A stretch of 64,000 nucleotides of DNA from a virus (IMGVR_UViG_2832702071_000001:32001-96000), one strand, 5' to 3'; positions 33,752 to 46,515 are shown, numbered from the stretch's first letter. Program-made: numbers and translations. Notes: generated by a model from the sequence alone, not told the origin.

Positions 33752-33967
33752 TCACCTCTGGTCGTCTGGATTTTGATACTCTATTATTAAACTCACATCT
33801 TTAATATTTAATGCCTTCATTATCTTTGTTAAATTATCTAGGTTTAATTTACCGGTTTGATTATGAGCATAACTATAGACAGTTGCGTATCTCAATTCAG
33901 CTTTCTTTGATAAGAACCTTATGCTTATTTGATGGTCTTTAAGATATTCCAATAATTTTAACCTCAT
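33752..33967 (-). CDS. small Cro/C1-type HTH regulator
   Basis: ISIRFLSKKAELRYATV....N...L.LDNL.KI..AL. Confidence 0.85.
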   Translation of the reverse strand: MRLKLLEYLKDHQISIRFLSKKAELRYATVYSYAHNQTGKLNLDNLTKIMKALNIKDVSLIIEYQNPDDQR

Positions 33968-34050
33968 ATAACTCTACCTTTCAACGATAAATTTGTGTTT
34001 CTGTTATATTTATTTCCTACCACCCCTAAAGGTAAGAGGTGGTGGTTCTT

Positions 34051-34692
34051 TTACTTAGATAAGGTTACTTCTGCTATATTTTCTCCCCAATAATCCAATT
34101 GGACGAAAATATTGCCCTCTGTGATATCTAAGTCTTTATTCGCTTCAAAAACAACACTACCACGTAATTGAGAACCTGATTTTATTTCACTCGAAAATAT
34201 ATTTCCTTCTGTTCCAATAGCTGAAACAACGCTGCTGTCAGTAATAGGACTATGTTCTACTCCATTACCATCTAAAAACTTTATTGAACCAGGATCAATT
34301 GATATTGGGTCATTACCTTTATTTTCAATTGTTACACTAGATGCAATAAACTTACTGTTTTGTTCTGTGGGTTTGACAATAGTTTCTCCTGTATCAACCC
34401 CCTCTAAAGAACCTATAGTATTTAATGTAAAAGAAACGCTGTTTATCGTTGCTTGTTCACCTATACCAACTTCTAACTCTTTAATCTCTTCTTCTTTAAC
34501 ATCCTCTGATCCACTTTCACTATTCATATTTTTTGTATTCACATCATCATCGACAACTTCACTGGATTTATTTTTTACTTCTGAGGCTTGACCACCACTT
34601 TCTCCTGTTCCACATCCTCCTAATAAAAAAAGTATGCTTGTAATGGCGATTGCAAATAAATATAATTTCTTTGTTTCTCTCATAAATATCAT
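34051..34692 (-). CDS. DUF4352-like lipoprotein
   Basis: Lipobox LGGC; VTIENKG.DPI and G...GSVVFE Ig-like motifs. Confidence 0.75.
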   Translation of the reverse strand: MIFMRETKKLYLFAIAITSILFLLGGCGTGESGGQASEVKNKSSEVVDDDVNTKNMNSESGSEDVKEEEIKELEVGIGEQATINSVSFTLNTIGSLEGVDTGETIVKPTEQNSKFIASSVTIENKGNDPISIDPGSIKFLDGNGVEHSPITDSSVVSAIGTEGNIFSSEIKSGSQLRGSVVFEANKDLDITEGNIFVQLDYWGENIAEVTLSK

Positions 34693-34945
34693 CTCCTTTT
34701 TACTATTATCTTCCTCTAATAATAAGTATATGATATTTATGAGTGTTATCGCAATTTTTTTAGCGATATTTTGTACATTCTGTTATACAAATATATTAAT
34801 ATGAGTTTTCTGTTTTATCTTAATAATCCAGTGATAATATCTATATAGTGATAATATCTATATTCTGTTATATCAATTAGTACACTACTATATATAAAAC
34901 AAATAACGATAATTACACGATAAGTTAAAATTCACATTTTATTAG

Positions 34946-37900
34946 CTAATGAGCTTCTATTTTTATTATTAATCTATTATTTAGGTTGCAGCGTTCTTCA
35001 TATGCTTCTGTAAACATTAATTCGACTATCGCATTTGTATCTAATACATAAATAGGCAGTTCAGTTTCAACGTCATCTACATAATACTCGCCTTGACCAA
35101 CGCTTCTTATGTTACAAGTATAAGTGCGTCCTTCCTTCTTGACGTTAAACTTACTATCTTTATTAATCATATTAATGCCTCCTTATCCAATAAATAATCT
35201 ATTTTATTAATACTTGTTCCCAAAATGATAGACATAGTCATCAAAAGAAATTACTCTATATTCTTTATAAAATGCTTACCGTGTACATTTTTGATTCCAC
35301 CACTCATATTAATGCTGATATCGTTAATAGTTAAATTTTCATTATTTAACAAATCTTTTATAACGCTACTCTTTAATACATCGTTTTCCCATTTATTATA
35401 TAAAGTTGTATTCATTCTAATCCCTCCATATAATCCTTTAAAATTCCGTTTTTATCGGAAGGCTAGCGATATTTGTACTAGCCTGTTATACTGTTTCTTG
35501 TTCCTTATACAAAGGTGACAATCCGTATCTTTTAATAGCGTTCTGAATCAATGTCTCTAACTTTTCTTTATTCATACTAACCGCCTTACTAGCTACATCT
35601 TTTGCTTCTCTTTGCGTTGCTTTATTGGTTGCTATATTTAATCCAGTTTGTTCCTCTACAATGCTATATGTGTTATCTTCATTGTATTTTAAATAGGCTT
35701 TAATACCCTCAATGTTTAACTTTTTACCATGAGATTCAACAAAATTATGTTGACCATTATCATTCTTTAACCAGTAGAATTTTTGAACATTATTAGATGA
35801 AGTATTATTACTTCCTTTATACTCTCTATCCTCAAAGACCGCCTTAACTTTGGCTGTTATAGTAATGTTTTTGTCATCCATTGATACATTATCAAATACT
35901 TTAAACAGTATGTCTTTCTCTAACTTCATAGTAGGGTATCCTTCAATAGTATATTCTCTCTTATTTTGATCTGTATCATTTTCATTTTCGACATACATTT
36001 GTAGGTAATGTATGCAATAATCTTGATTACCTAGCATAATAGTGAATTTTTCATGCATTGCATTGTAAAATGATTCCTTTTCTTCATCTACATATATACT
36101 TTTGATCTTTTCCCAGTGATTATCTAGTATGGATGTTATAGGATTGACTTCAAATTTATCTAGTATTTTCTCCCCGATTAAATGCCATTCCCTCTGCTTT
36201 CTTTCTCTTCTTTCTTTGTGTTCTTGCTCCTCTTTCTGTCTTTTCGCTTCTGTCTCTTCTCTTTCCTTTTGTGCTCTTTCTTGCTCCAGCCTTTCCTTTT
36301 GCTCTTTTTCTACCTTCTCATTATCAATAAATAATTGTGCTTTTTCTTCATTTAGTAAATCATTGTTGATTAAGTGTAATGCGTAGTTATAAGCTGTTTT
36401 CGTTACTTCAGTATAAGTATTGTCGTCATGTTGTATCTTGTAAAGTGTTTTAGGCTTTGTATAATCGTCTAAACGTCTACTGTAATATGAGTAATTTTCT
36501 TCAAAATTAGGCTTGCTACCTTCTTGTAACTTGATAAAAACATATTCTTTCATCGACATTACTTCACCATCAAACCTCCATAGTTTATCAAGTGTATTTT
36601 TAATTTTTGCTACTTGCATAGGTTTTTTATTGTTTGTAAATCCAAAGTAAGTATTTTTTAAATTCATCATGTTTCATCTCCTTTAATTTTTCCTATAAAA
36701 TAATCGTTTTAACCCTCACTATATGTATATAAACAAGTTATACAAAATTACACGATTACTCATAAATAATTTCAAACTTTTCCAACCCTGTTCGATCATA
36801 GTTAAAATGATAAATATGACTATCTATGATATTTACTATCTCTTCATACTCATATTTATCCAACGAATAAGCATGTAGAATGCCTCCATGTAGCGCAAAC
36901 AAAATTGAATCTGTCTCAAAAATTTTTAACCTTGATACATCGAACACATAGTCTGTAGAATCTAAATAAAAATAGCTATGATTATCTAAACGCTTCAACT
37001 CTATCAACAACGTGTCTTTTGTCATAAATGCCACCTCCTATTTGATATTTCTGGTGATATTTATTGGTTTCTGTTATATAAATATATGTTAATTATAAAT
37101 TATTATAAATTTAATTTCAACATATATTTATATTAAATATTAATTGTTGCAATAAAATTATTTTTGATACGATTAATTGTTTTAACCTCTTCTTCTAGCC
37201 CATCCTTATAAAAACAGGTTTCAATCATAAATTTGATCTGTTTTTCTTGTTGCTTTAATAATCTCAACAAATATAGTTTTCCTGTTTACTCATAGCTGCA
37301 CCCCTAGCAATATTTTTTTGTTTCTGTTATATAGAGTTAGTATTTGTGAAAATATATACCAACTCTATATATTTGTATTTCAAGCACCTACTCAACAATA
37401 TCAACAATAGTATATTTGTTTTCAATTCCAGTTGAAGCTGTTACTTCTTCATTTGAAAGCACATCGTTTAAAAAAGATATAATACCATCTTTTGTCATTC
37501 TCTCCTCTAATACCATTGAGACCGTGTTACTATCTGGGTCAATCGGTTCAGCGACAACAACCCTCTTGTTTCTATTTTCAAAATCAATTTTATTAAATTG
37601 GTCAATATCTGCAATTGTCATTAAATGATTGTACTGTGTTTTTTCCTCAATATTCAACTCCAATTTTTCTCCTTCTTCATCAATTAATAAGTGGTCATTG
37701 TGTGATAACCATTCCTTCATACTTTGATAAACTTCAAAATGTACTAAATCATCAACAAACACTGTTTTTCTTTCTTTTTTACTATTTCCCGTAAGTCTCA
37801 CATCTGCCAATAATTCATAAACTTCTAGCTTACTACCGTTATTCAAATTTACTTTTACCATAATTTTCACCCCTATTTTTTTAACTTTTATACTAATATT

Positions 37901-40900
37901 TTACTATAGATTTCCAGCGATTAAAAGTAGTTTTTGTTATATAAAATGATACATTTATTGGATAGATACATTTGTAACTGTTATAAGATTTCTACTTATT
38001 AACATATCCCTAGATACTAATGTAATGGCTTTTTCTTTGGCTGATTCTCTATCCGCATCCCAAATATTTATATAGCCATTATAATTAAAATCCATTCCCC
38101 TAGCGTTCCAGCTAACTATATAATTTCTTCCATCCATTTCTTACGCTCTCCTTATATAAATTATCGCACCAGTTCTTTTACTTCTGATCGCAAACCTTCA
38201 ATTATTCCATCATTCTTTAATTCATATTTATTATTGAATCTATATACATCATATAAGAATATTTGTTCACCATTCGCATTAATTCTAGCCCTTTTAAAAG
38301 GCTTTCTAATTCTTATGTTGCCTTTACTTGGTTGCATAGTTTCAAGCGTGGCGACTTTTTCATTGTCTTTTATAGTAACCGTAAACCATGCGTCAGTGAT
38401 ACAAGATCCATTTTTATATAATTCGTTATGAATGCTATCAAAGAACTCTTTATCAGTCATAATTAACATACTCCTTCTAAGCTATTTTTTAACTATTAGC
38501 TTTATTAATCGCTTTTAGTTCTTCATCTATGATTTTATGCGCATACTCTGTTGGAGCAAATTTAACTCTTTCTAATACCTTTTTGTAAAGTTCTGCCTTA
38601 TTGCTCTGTTTAATTAAATAATCATAATCTTCCTCTTGCGCTCTTAAGACTCCACTATCCTTACTTCCTAAAAAGCTTTTATTCAAAACTGCCACCCCTT
38701 ATATTATAATTCTTTTTAAAATGGTAATTTTATTCTATACTAATTAATTCAAATATATCAATAGTTTCCTCCTTTTAAATAATCCGATAATATGAAAGAA
38801 AATTCTCCTGCTTTATAGTCTCCTGCATAGTTAGCATTAGTGAAAGCATGTTCTAATTTTTTTACTGTTCCTCTTTGGTCAAACACATTTTCATTCTTCA
38901 AAATTGCGTTTACATCGTTTATAATAAACGGTAGATCACTTTCACTAGCTAATTTTACAGATACCCTTTTAATTAATTCAATCGTCATTGTAAATCCCTC
39001 CTAATTTTAAGACAAAAATTATAGATTTAACTTAATATTACAAGTAAATATCTGGTGTATTGTATCCTTTAGTGGCTTGTAAATAATCCTCTTTTGTAAC
39101 CTCTTTACATGAAACAAGATAATCTCTATCTATTAATTGAAAGTGCCCATCTATAACATTATAACCTTCTACCCATTTTTTACCTTTTAATTTTTCGTTT
39201 TGTGTTCCGTTGCATTCATTCTCATAAGCTATAAAATGTAATAGTGCTTCGTTTGATGTAGGATTGACAACTTCACTTTCTCTAAAATAACCTAAAATTT
39301 TTATATGTTCCATTTTACATTCTCCTTTTATTAATTATCCTTTAAAATTAATAATGTTTTTTTCACAATAATTCATTGCTTTTGTCACTGTTGTAAATCC
39401 ATCTTTTATCATTTTTCTATTGTCTCTGTCTAGTGTTATTGAAATACTCTCATCCTTTTCTTTTACAATTGCATAATTTAACATTCTTGTATTCTCCTTT
39501 TCGATTAAAATGTAGTATTTATTGCAACGTGTATTTATAAATCCCTATCCATACTTGTATAGTATTTTTTGAATACCCTATTAATTCTAATCCTCTGAAT
39601 AGATTCCTTTTATCTGTCTTATTGAATTTCTTTACTTTATCCTTATTGATACATGCTAAGTCAAAGTTATGTTTTTTAAATAAGCACAATAATAACTGTT
39701 TCCCTTTTGTATAATCGTTTGATGTCTTTGTCATCTCTTTTCTTACTTGATCTTGCCATTTTGCCATAATTAACAACCTCCATAAGATAAAATTATAGTT
39801 TTAATTGATTAATTGTTATGTTTAACTTAACTTGATTATATACTATGTTGAGTATATAATCAATACTTTTTTATATTAAATTATAATTAATTTTATTAAA
39901 TAGTTAACTCCTACCATTAAAATGAAAAATGAAATGCCATAAAAATAGAAAGCATCACTCCAGCAAATATGATCTTCACCAAAAAAATATTGATTAATCA
40001 ATCTAATAGCTTTCATACTCTACACTCCTTATTACATGAATTGCATATAATCGTAAAATTTTTCATCGACTAAGCTCCTTATTAAATATATTTCTCCAAT
40101 GCTTCACTTGGATTATCGTACTCATTTTCATCTAAGAATAGCCAGTCAGTACTTCTTTTTGAATCACGTTTTGTCGCTCTCCATTTGCCATTAATGTTTA
40201 TTGCTCTATAATCTCCTACAAACCAATTATTTTTAGTTAACATTATCTCATTACCTCCATTCTAATAATTGCATTAGCTTTATTATCAAGTCTAACTGCT
40301 GCACGATATTCAAAGTTAGATAAATAAGTTCTAACATCCTCTGACCAGTAACCGTTATTTTTAATAATTGATACTAATTCATTAACATGTTTCTTTAATA
40401 CTTTTTGTTTCATACTCCACACTCCTTTTCCAGTAAAATTTGAATTTTATGTGATTCTTCATACAATAACTTTTAACTTGATTATATTGTACTACATATA
40501 GTATATAAAATCAATACTTTTTTTATATTAAATTATAATTAATTTACACTTTAATTTCTTTATTAATAATGATACAACCTTGTTTAATAAGTTTATTAAC
40601 TATATCATCAATTTTTATGATTGTTTCCTGCAAGTTGCCTGTCGTGATATCTTTTACGTATCCTTTAGACCATGCCATCACACTATTATCATACCCGTAT
40701 AAATCAATTATTTCTTTGCTTTCTTTATCTTGCACTTCTATATAATATTTTAATTTCATATCGCATATACTCCTTTATAATTTTTCAATACTAACAATAA
40801 GTAATACATATTTCTTCATAGTCATTCAATGCCTCCATATACGTAGAACATTGGCTATATTCTACGTGGTGACCTTCACAATGTATATAATAAGCAACCT

Positions 40901-42241
40901 TATAAATAGTATCACTTAATTTTAGTATTTTTACTGTAAGTCCATCTTCATAATATCCATCTTTAAGTACAGTTAACTTTATTGTTTCCACAATTAAAAC
41001 CTCCTAAAATTTAATAGCTTAACGAGTGAGCATATCTATATGCTTTATTTATCTCTTTTTCTGCAATATCATTAAATTTTTTATTGTTTACCATATCTTT
41101 AATATTTAAAAAAGCACTATGGCTATCGGTTGCTATATCATAAGCGTTTATAAAGTTAGTTTGACCGTAAACCTTTCTAACCTTCTCTAATAGTCTATTT
41201 AATAATCTTTGTTCGCTATTATTCATTTTTATTTCTCCTTTATAATTCAATAAATTGATCAGATCTATGTTGCTTATATTCAACAGTTGAAATATGTGTT
41301 TTAAAAAAACTATCGTATTTATCTAGTGTGACTTTTAACATTCCATTTTCATTAGTGTGCTTACAATGTGCTACATAAAAACGTGACATTCCTTCATTAT
41401 GTGTCAACTTAATATCAGAAAACGAGTCACTATATTGTTTCTGTAAAGCTTTTAACATTGTATTTTTATCTCTATGCGTATGATATAATGCCATCTTATA
41501 CACTCCTTATATTTTAATTAATTAGATATATTTTTCATAAAAATCTATAGCGCAATTTAATTTACTATTGTATGTTTTTATATCGTTAAACGCTTGTAAT
41601 GTAAGATCACCTTAGTTAGTATATAGTGTAAAGTATAAAATGATATTAAATTATAATTAATTATAATATAGTAACTTTTACTTTACCATTATAATGTGAT
41701 AATGCTACAGATAACGTATGTTTATCTTGATAGTATAGATCAATATATATCTTATTGTTTTTCATTTTTATTTTGCTATCATCAAATAGTAGCCGCTTTT
41801 TAACATAGTTAATAAATACTTCTACAACGTCCATTTTTCTATTAGTATTGTAATTAAATTCAAAGCTTAATTGTTTTGTCTCCATACTTACCACCTTTTT
41901 TAGATCGTTTCTGCATAAGCAAGCCATTTATAATCGTTATTGCTTTCTAGGTTAACAACATCAATATCATTTTCAGTTCCGTTCCATTCTAATGTAATCG
42001 TATCACCTATACTAACATTTGCATATGGTACTTCATCACGATATAATAATATTTTCTGACCATCTTGTGTTTTGTTTATTGCTAAGCCATAAATTTTATT
42101 ATCTTGTATATCGGTTATAACGTATTGATATTGTTGATTATTATTTACATTGCTTAATTGAACAACTTGTGGTGATTGTGACTGACAACCTGCTACAATA
42201 GATAATATTGATAAAGATAAGATAATAATAATTTTATTCAT
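34946..42241 (-). CDS. early hypothetical genes (34946-35170, 35486-36670, 36756-37034, 37388-37870, 37955-38137, 38161-38469, 38489-38695, 38758-38988, 39038-39313, 39519-39776, 40544-40759, 40791-40991, 41011-41283, 41240-41503, 41661-41927, 41900-42241 lipoprotein-like)
   Basis: ORFs with RBSs behind strong repeated promoters; second cluster of palindromic sites. Confidence 0.65.
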
Positions 42242-42610
42242 AATTCTTCATCTCCTTTTTTTTTAATTGTTATGTTTAACTCACTTATTATTATATACTA
42301 CTCGTATTTATTATTTTATAAATAATATTCGTTTAAATCATAGCCCATTTTGGTTAACCATTTTTCTATACGCTCAAATTTTGTAACTTTAATAATTTGC
42401 TCTATATCGTCTATGCTTTTACCCATTGCATTTTGATCTTCAATAAACACATTTAACACATAGTCCTTGTAACTCATTTCTATACACTCCTTTAATAGTT
42501 AATATTTGAATTTTATAAACTGATTTCTTGATGTAATAACTTTTAACTTAACTCTATTTTATACTATGTTAAGTATATAGTCAATACTTTTTTATATTAA
42601 ATTATAATTA
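39806..42610 (-). promoter_or_regulatory. Reiterated strong early promoter blocks (18-bp motif, A-tract, TTGAYT-N17-TANAAT, GTTAAG/GTTAAA leader)
   Basis: Blocks at ~39810-39889 (TTGATT/TATAAT), ~40465-40541 (TTGATT/TACAAT), ~42535-42610 (TTGACT/TAAAAT); partial copy ~42265-42300. Confidence 0.8.
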
Positions 42611-43163
42611 ATTTATCGTTAACTACCATATATATATTTAATAGTAGCTTCTGGATAACGTTTATAAAAACGTCGCTTTACTTCTTTAATATATCCTGTT
42701 TCAAAAAATGTAACTTCTTCACCATTCATATCACCAATCACCATGAAATTATACATAATATTATCTCTCCTTTATTTAATCTATATATAATATAACATAA
42801 TCATTATACTATTACAACAATAAATTAATATTAAATTATAATTATATTTTACTTTATTATATATAATAGGTGCAAACATGATGATAATATAGATGATTAT
42901 ATTAATTTGTACTGTCTATGTGTCGTGGACATTTATATAATCTTGTCCATATTTGTCCATATAAGATATACAATAAAAATCGCCTGTTACAATAGCGAAA
43001 ATTTACCTAAAGTTATGACACAAGAGCCATATATAACATGTGATCATACCTATTCTCATCATGTAATTAGATAGTAGATGATCTCTTTTTTATTACATAA
43101 TAACCATAATATTATCTGTTATATAAGTGTGTAGTGATAACCAATATTATCATTACACAATAT

Positions 43164-43845
43164 AACACTGATACATCAACATTTATAAGGTGGGGGGCTA
43201 CTAAAAAACTTGACAATTTTACATACCCCAGCTATAATGATTGAACACTTCAATCTCCACACATACCTAATTTTTCATCATATTTTCCATAAATTTTACC
43301 TTATCAATTTTATATAATTTTATCTATATTTACCCTATTTTTTGTATCGGAATTGGTCTCGGAAGAGTATCGGATAATCCTTGTCATATCAACTTTTATA
43401 GCCATTTTACCTTCATCATATTTTCCCTTATTTCTACTAAATTGTACATAAAAACAGCTATAAACACCGTTATATCAACATTTGTACGATAAAAATGTAC
43501 CGATACCCATATTTACCCCTATATATACCCTTAAAATTAACCGTATTTGTTGATGTGATAGGCTTTTTACGATAGGAAGCTCTATCGAACGATTTTACAC
43601 TCACACATTCAGGAATTAAAAATTAATACTATTCGGACAAAAGTGGTTTTTACTTTTGTGCGTTTTGTATGTTTCTCGTGGTTTTTGCGAAAACATGCAA
43701 AGGGCTTCTGACTTTGACTTTAATAATTATCATAATAAAAAACGACCCTTGAATTAGGATCGTATATGCATACAAATATCTTTAGTAAATTCTCTATATT
43801 CTCTTTTAAGAGATAGGGCTATCAAGTACCGTCATATCAACATTT
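43164..43845. repeat. Five ~21-bp imperfect repeats (core ATAT/ACATCAAC) in a 1.1-kb non-coding region
   Basis: 43164-43184, 43377-43397, 43463-43483, 43825-43845 on plus; 43545-43565 inverted. Confidence 0.65.
43210..43238 (+). promoter_or_regulatory. perfect SigA promoter TTGACA-N17-TATAAT with no long downstream ORF
   Basis: TTGACA at 43210-43215, TATAAT at 43233-43238. Confidence 0.75.
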
Positions 43846-43931
43846 TCAAAAAGTTTTAGTAAGTCCAATTTACTAAAATGGATTTTAGGCTAATATTTTA
43901 CGTATATTTATGTATAATTATTGCATATTTA

Positions 43932-45143
43932 TTAATTAATATTATCATCTAACCAATCATAAAATAATTTTCTCATTCTAAAAGATGGTATGTAAATGTT
44001 AATATTGCCATCATCTCTTACCTTGGATCTCCATATCCATTGTATTAATTCTGAAATAGCAAACATGTCTTCATCAACATCGACCTTTTGTGAGTGAAAG
44101 AATCCCTTAATAACAGGATTGATATATCTATTTACAGTATAAGCTAAGCATGATCTATCTTTGTATTGGTTAGTGGCTCTAATATTCATGGAAATAAACG
44201 ACCTAGAATATCCTCTACCTTTAATTTTATTCTTATAACCTTTGAATGTAGTCCATATGATATCTCCTGATTTAGCCTTAACAATATTTTTAAAGTAATT
44301 TTCAGTGTTGTTCTTTAATACAGCCAATGATTCTTTTCTTTTACTATACCATGATTTAGATAATGAATACTCACTATCACCTATTTTATTTAACTTTCCT
44401 TCGTACACATCAATTAGTTGTTTAAGTTTATCTTTTATTTCTTTATTGTTTGGTTTACCTAATTGTAGCTTAAACTTATCTTTATCTTTAATTACATAAT
44501 AATATTCGTATTCCATATTGTTTAAGTCATAGTAATATTTTTGTATTTGTGCATCAAATAAGTAAGTTAGATTATATACTTCTTTAAATGCTTGAAATAC
44601 TTTTACAGGAAAAGTCCACATAAACATATTATCTTTGTACATATATAATCCACTGTTTCTACACAAATCTTTAACATAGTCATACTGAGTTGATTTATCT
44701 TCCATATCCTCATTCCATGTAATAAGACCCGTATCTTTATCTACTTTAACAAAGTCTAGTTTAATAAGTGATTCTAAATCATGTTCTTTCATATCAACTT
44801 GTTCAACAACATCCATAACCTCATCTAATATAAGTATATAGTTATTAGAATATATTAATTCCATTGTCTCCTCATTTGATCTAGAGAATAGTGAATGTGT
44901 AGATACAATATTTTTATTTTGTCTTAGCAGTTCATGAAAGGCATCTTGTTTAAATAACAATTGACCATCATTCATGTGTACTTTTGGTTCATAGAATGTT
45001 TTCTTTGTTTCCTTCTTTACTCTTTGTACCTCCTCTAAATAAGGTGTAATATAAATATAGCTATGTTCATCATCGTCATTCATCATCTGAATAGACATAG
45101 ATGTTTTACCACTACCCATAATACTGTCTACAATTTTTATCAA
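43932..45143 (-). CDS. YonV-like SF2 helicase-related P-loop NTPase
   Basis: DSIMGSGKTS Walker A, LILDE Walker B, QWIWRS motif; position near yonO. Confidence 0.75.
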   Translation of the reverse strand: MIKIVDSIMGSGKTSMSIQMMNDDDEHSYIYITPYLEEVQRVKKETKKTFYEPKVHMNDGQLLFKQDAFHELLRQNKNIVSTHSLFSRSNEETMELIYSNNYILILDEVMDVVEQVDMKEHDLESLIKLDFVKVDKDTGLITWNEDMEDKSTQYDYVKDLCRNSGLYMYKDNMFMWTFPVKVFQAFKEVYNLTYLFDAQIQKYYYDLNNMEYEYYYVIKDKDKFKLQLGKPNNKEIKDKLKQLIDVYEGKLNKIGDSEYSLSKSWYSKRKESLAVLKNNTENYFKNIVKAKSGDIIWTTFKGYKNKIKGRGYSRSFISMNIRATNQYKDRSCLAYTVNRYINPVIKGFFHSQKVDVDEDMFAISELIQWIWRSKVRDDGNINIYIPSFRMRKLFYDWLDDNIN

Positions 45144-45214
45144 TAACTATCTCTCCTTTCATTTATATTTTTATATTAAATTATAATTATAAGTAAGTCA
45201 AGAAAGGATATCCC

Positions 45215-46252
45215 TTATTTTAGATATCCTAATTCTTTTGCTTTATTGATTATGTCATATTTCAATCCACGTTCTAATTGATCAAATACATCATTCCACT
45301 GATCTTTGTTTAATTCAATTTTTGTATGATCTAATTCTTCACCCATGTATAATGTTGGCTGCGTCCCCATACTTTCTCTTTGTTTAATATAATTGTAAGT
45401 TGTTTCAATATGTTCATGACCAAGATGTTCTTTTGCTACGATGATGTTATTACCTGATGCTTTGTATGCTTCCCAGCCACTTGTACCCCTAATACTATGG
45501 AATGCGATTTTTCTATCCTCAGGTACTTCGAATACTTCTTTTAACATATTTAGTGTTCTATCTATTGTCATGTAAGACATTTTGAGGATACTTTCACTTT
45601 GATTGTTTGTTTCTTTCATGTTTAACAATAACTCTGCATCTTCATCCTTCAATGATATTTTTATCTTTTTGCCTTTTAGTCTTGAAGTTAATACCCAAGT
45701 ATCATCTTCTCTTTTAAGATCTTTATATTTCAAATTAACTAGAGCTTGTTTTCTCAATCCTGTCATCCTAGCTAAGTGAAGCATAATAGCCTTGTTGTCT
45801 CCATTAGCAATATTATTAGATGGATCTTTTAAATAATTCATCCACACTGTTATCTCATCCCATGATAAATATCCATATGATTCACTGTCTGTTTCTTTTA
45901 GTTTTTTCATCTTAAGTTCGTTATGATCAATATTATATATATGAGATCCCTCAAATTTGATTTTGCTCAAGTGAACAAAAAATGAATATATCCCACTCAT
46001 TTTTGCATTAACAGTTTTTGCTGCACTTTTTCTTCTAATTTTTTCTCTATACTTTTTAACATCAATATAACTAATATCATTAATATCTTTTACACTTAAA
46101 TGGTGTATTTCTTTATCTGGGTGTTTCCATTCTAAAAAATCTTTTATACTTCTATTGTAAAGTCGTTTTGTATTCTCTGATTCTAAGCCATCTGTGAATG
46201 ATTGAATGTCGTCATAGACATAATGATCTTTGATTTTTAATACGCTATTCAT
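45215..46252 (-). CDS. tyrosine recombinase with intact catalytic residues
   Basis: SAM-like N-domain; TGLR (Arg), LKG (Lys), FHSIR (HxxR), LGH, TTYNY (Tyr). Confidence 0.9.
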   Translation of the reverse strand: MNSVLKIKDHYVYDDIQSFTDGLESENTKRLYNRSIKDFLEWKHPDKEIHHLSVKDINDISYIDVKKYREKIRRKSAAKTVNAKMSGIYSFFVHLSKIKFEGSHIYNIDHNELKMKKLKETDSESYGYLSWDEITVWMNYLKDPSNNIANGDNKAIMLHLARMTGLRKQALVNLKYKDLKREDDTWVLTSRLKGKKIKISLKDEDAELLLNMKETNNQSESILKMSYMTIDRTLNMLKEVFEVPEDRKIAFHSIRGTSGWEAYKASGNNIIVAKEHLGHEHIETTYNYIKQRESMGTQPTLYMGEELDHTKIELNKDQWNDVFDQLERGLKYDIINKAKELGYLK

Positions 46253-46515
46253 TTCAATTCTCCTTTGGTTTATTTTTGTTAGGATAATTTAATTATAACA
46301 CCATTAAATAAAAAGTCAATAAGTAATTATAATTTAATATATTTAATTATTTCTGATTCTTTCATATAGAGGTTTTATCTATTTTACTTACAAGAACCCT
46401 AGCGACAAATAAAAACATCTCACAGAAAGCCTCATTTATTCTGAGGGGCATTCCAAACATTCTATGCTAATTCTTAGGTTTATATAATTAATTATAATTT
46501 AATATAGATAAAGGG

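Larger units (their letters stand above)
19274..37331 (-). promoter_or_regulatory. Bipartite motif TATAACAG-N11-TATCRCTA (7 copies)
   Basis: Copies at 19274-19300, 33982-34008, 34761-34787, 34846-34872, 35464-35490, 37052-37078, 37305-37331; constant 11-bp spacer; all upstream of leftward ORFs. Confidence 0.75.
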
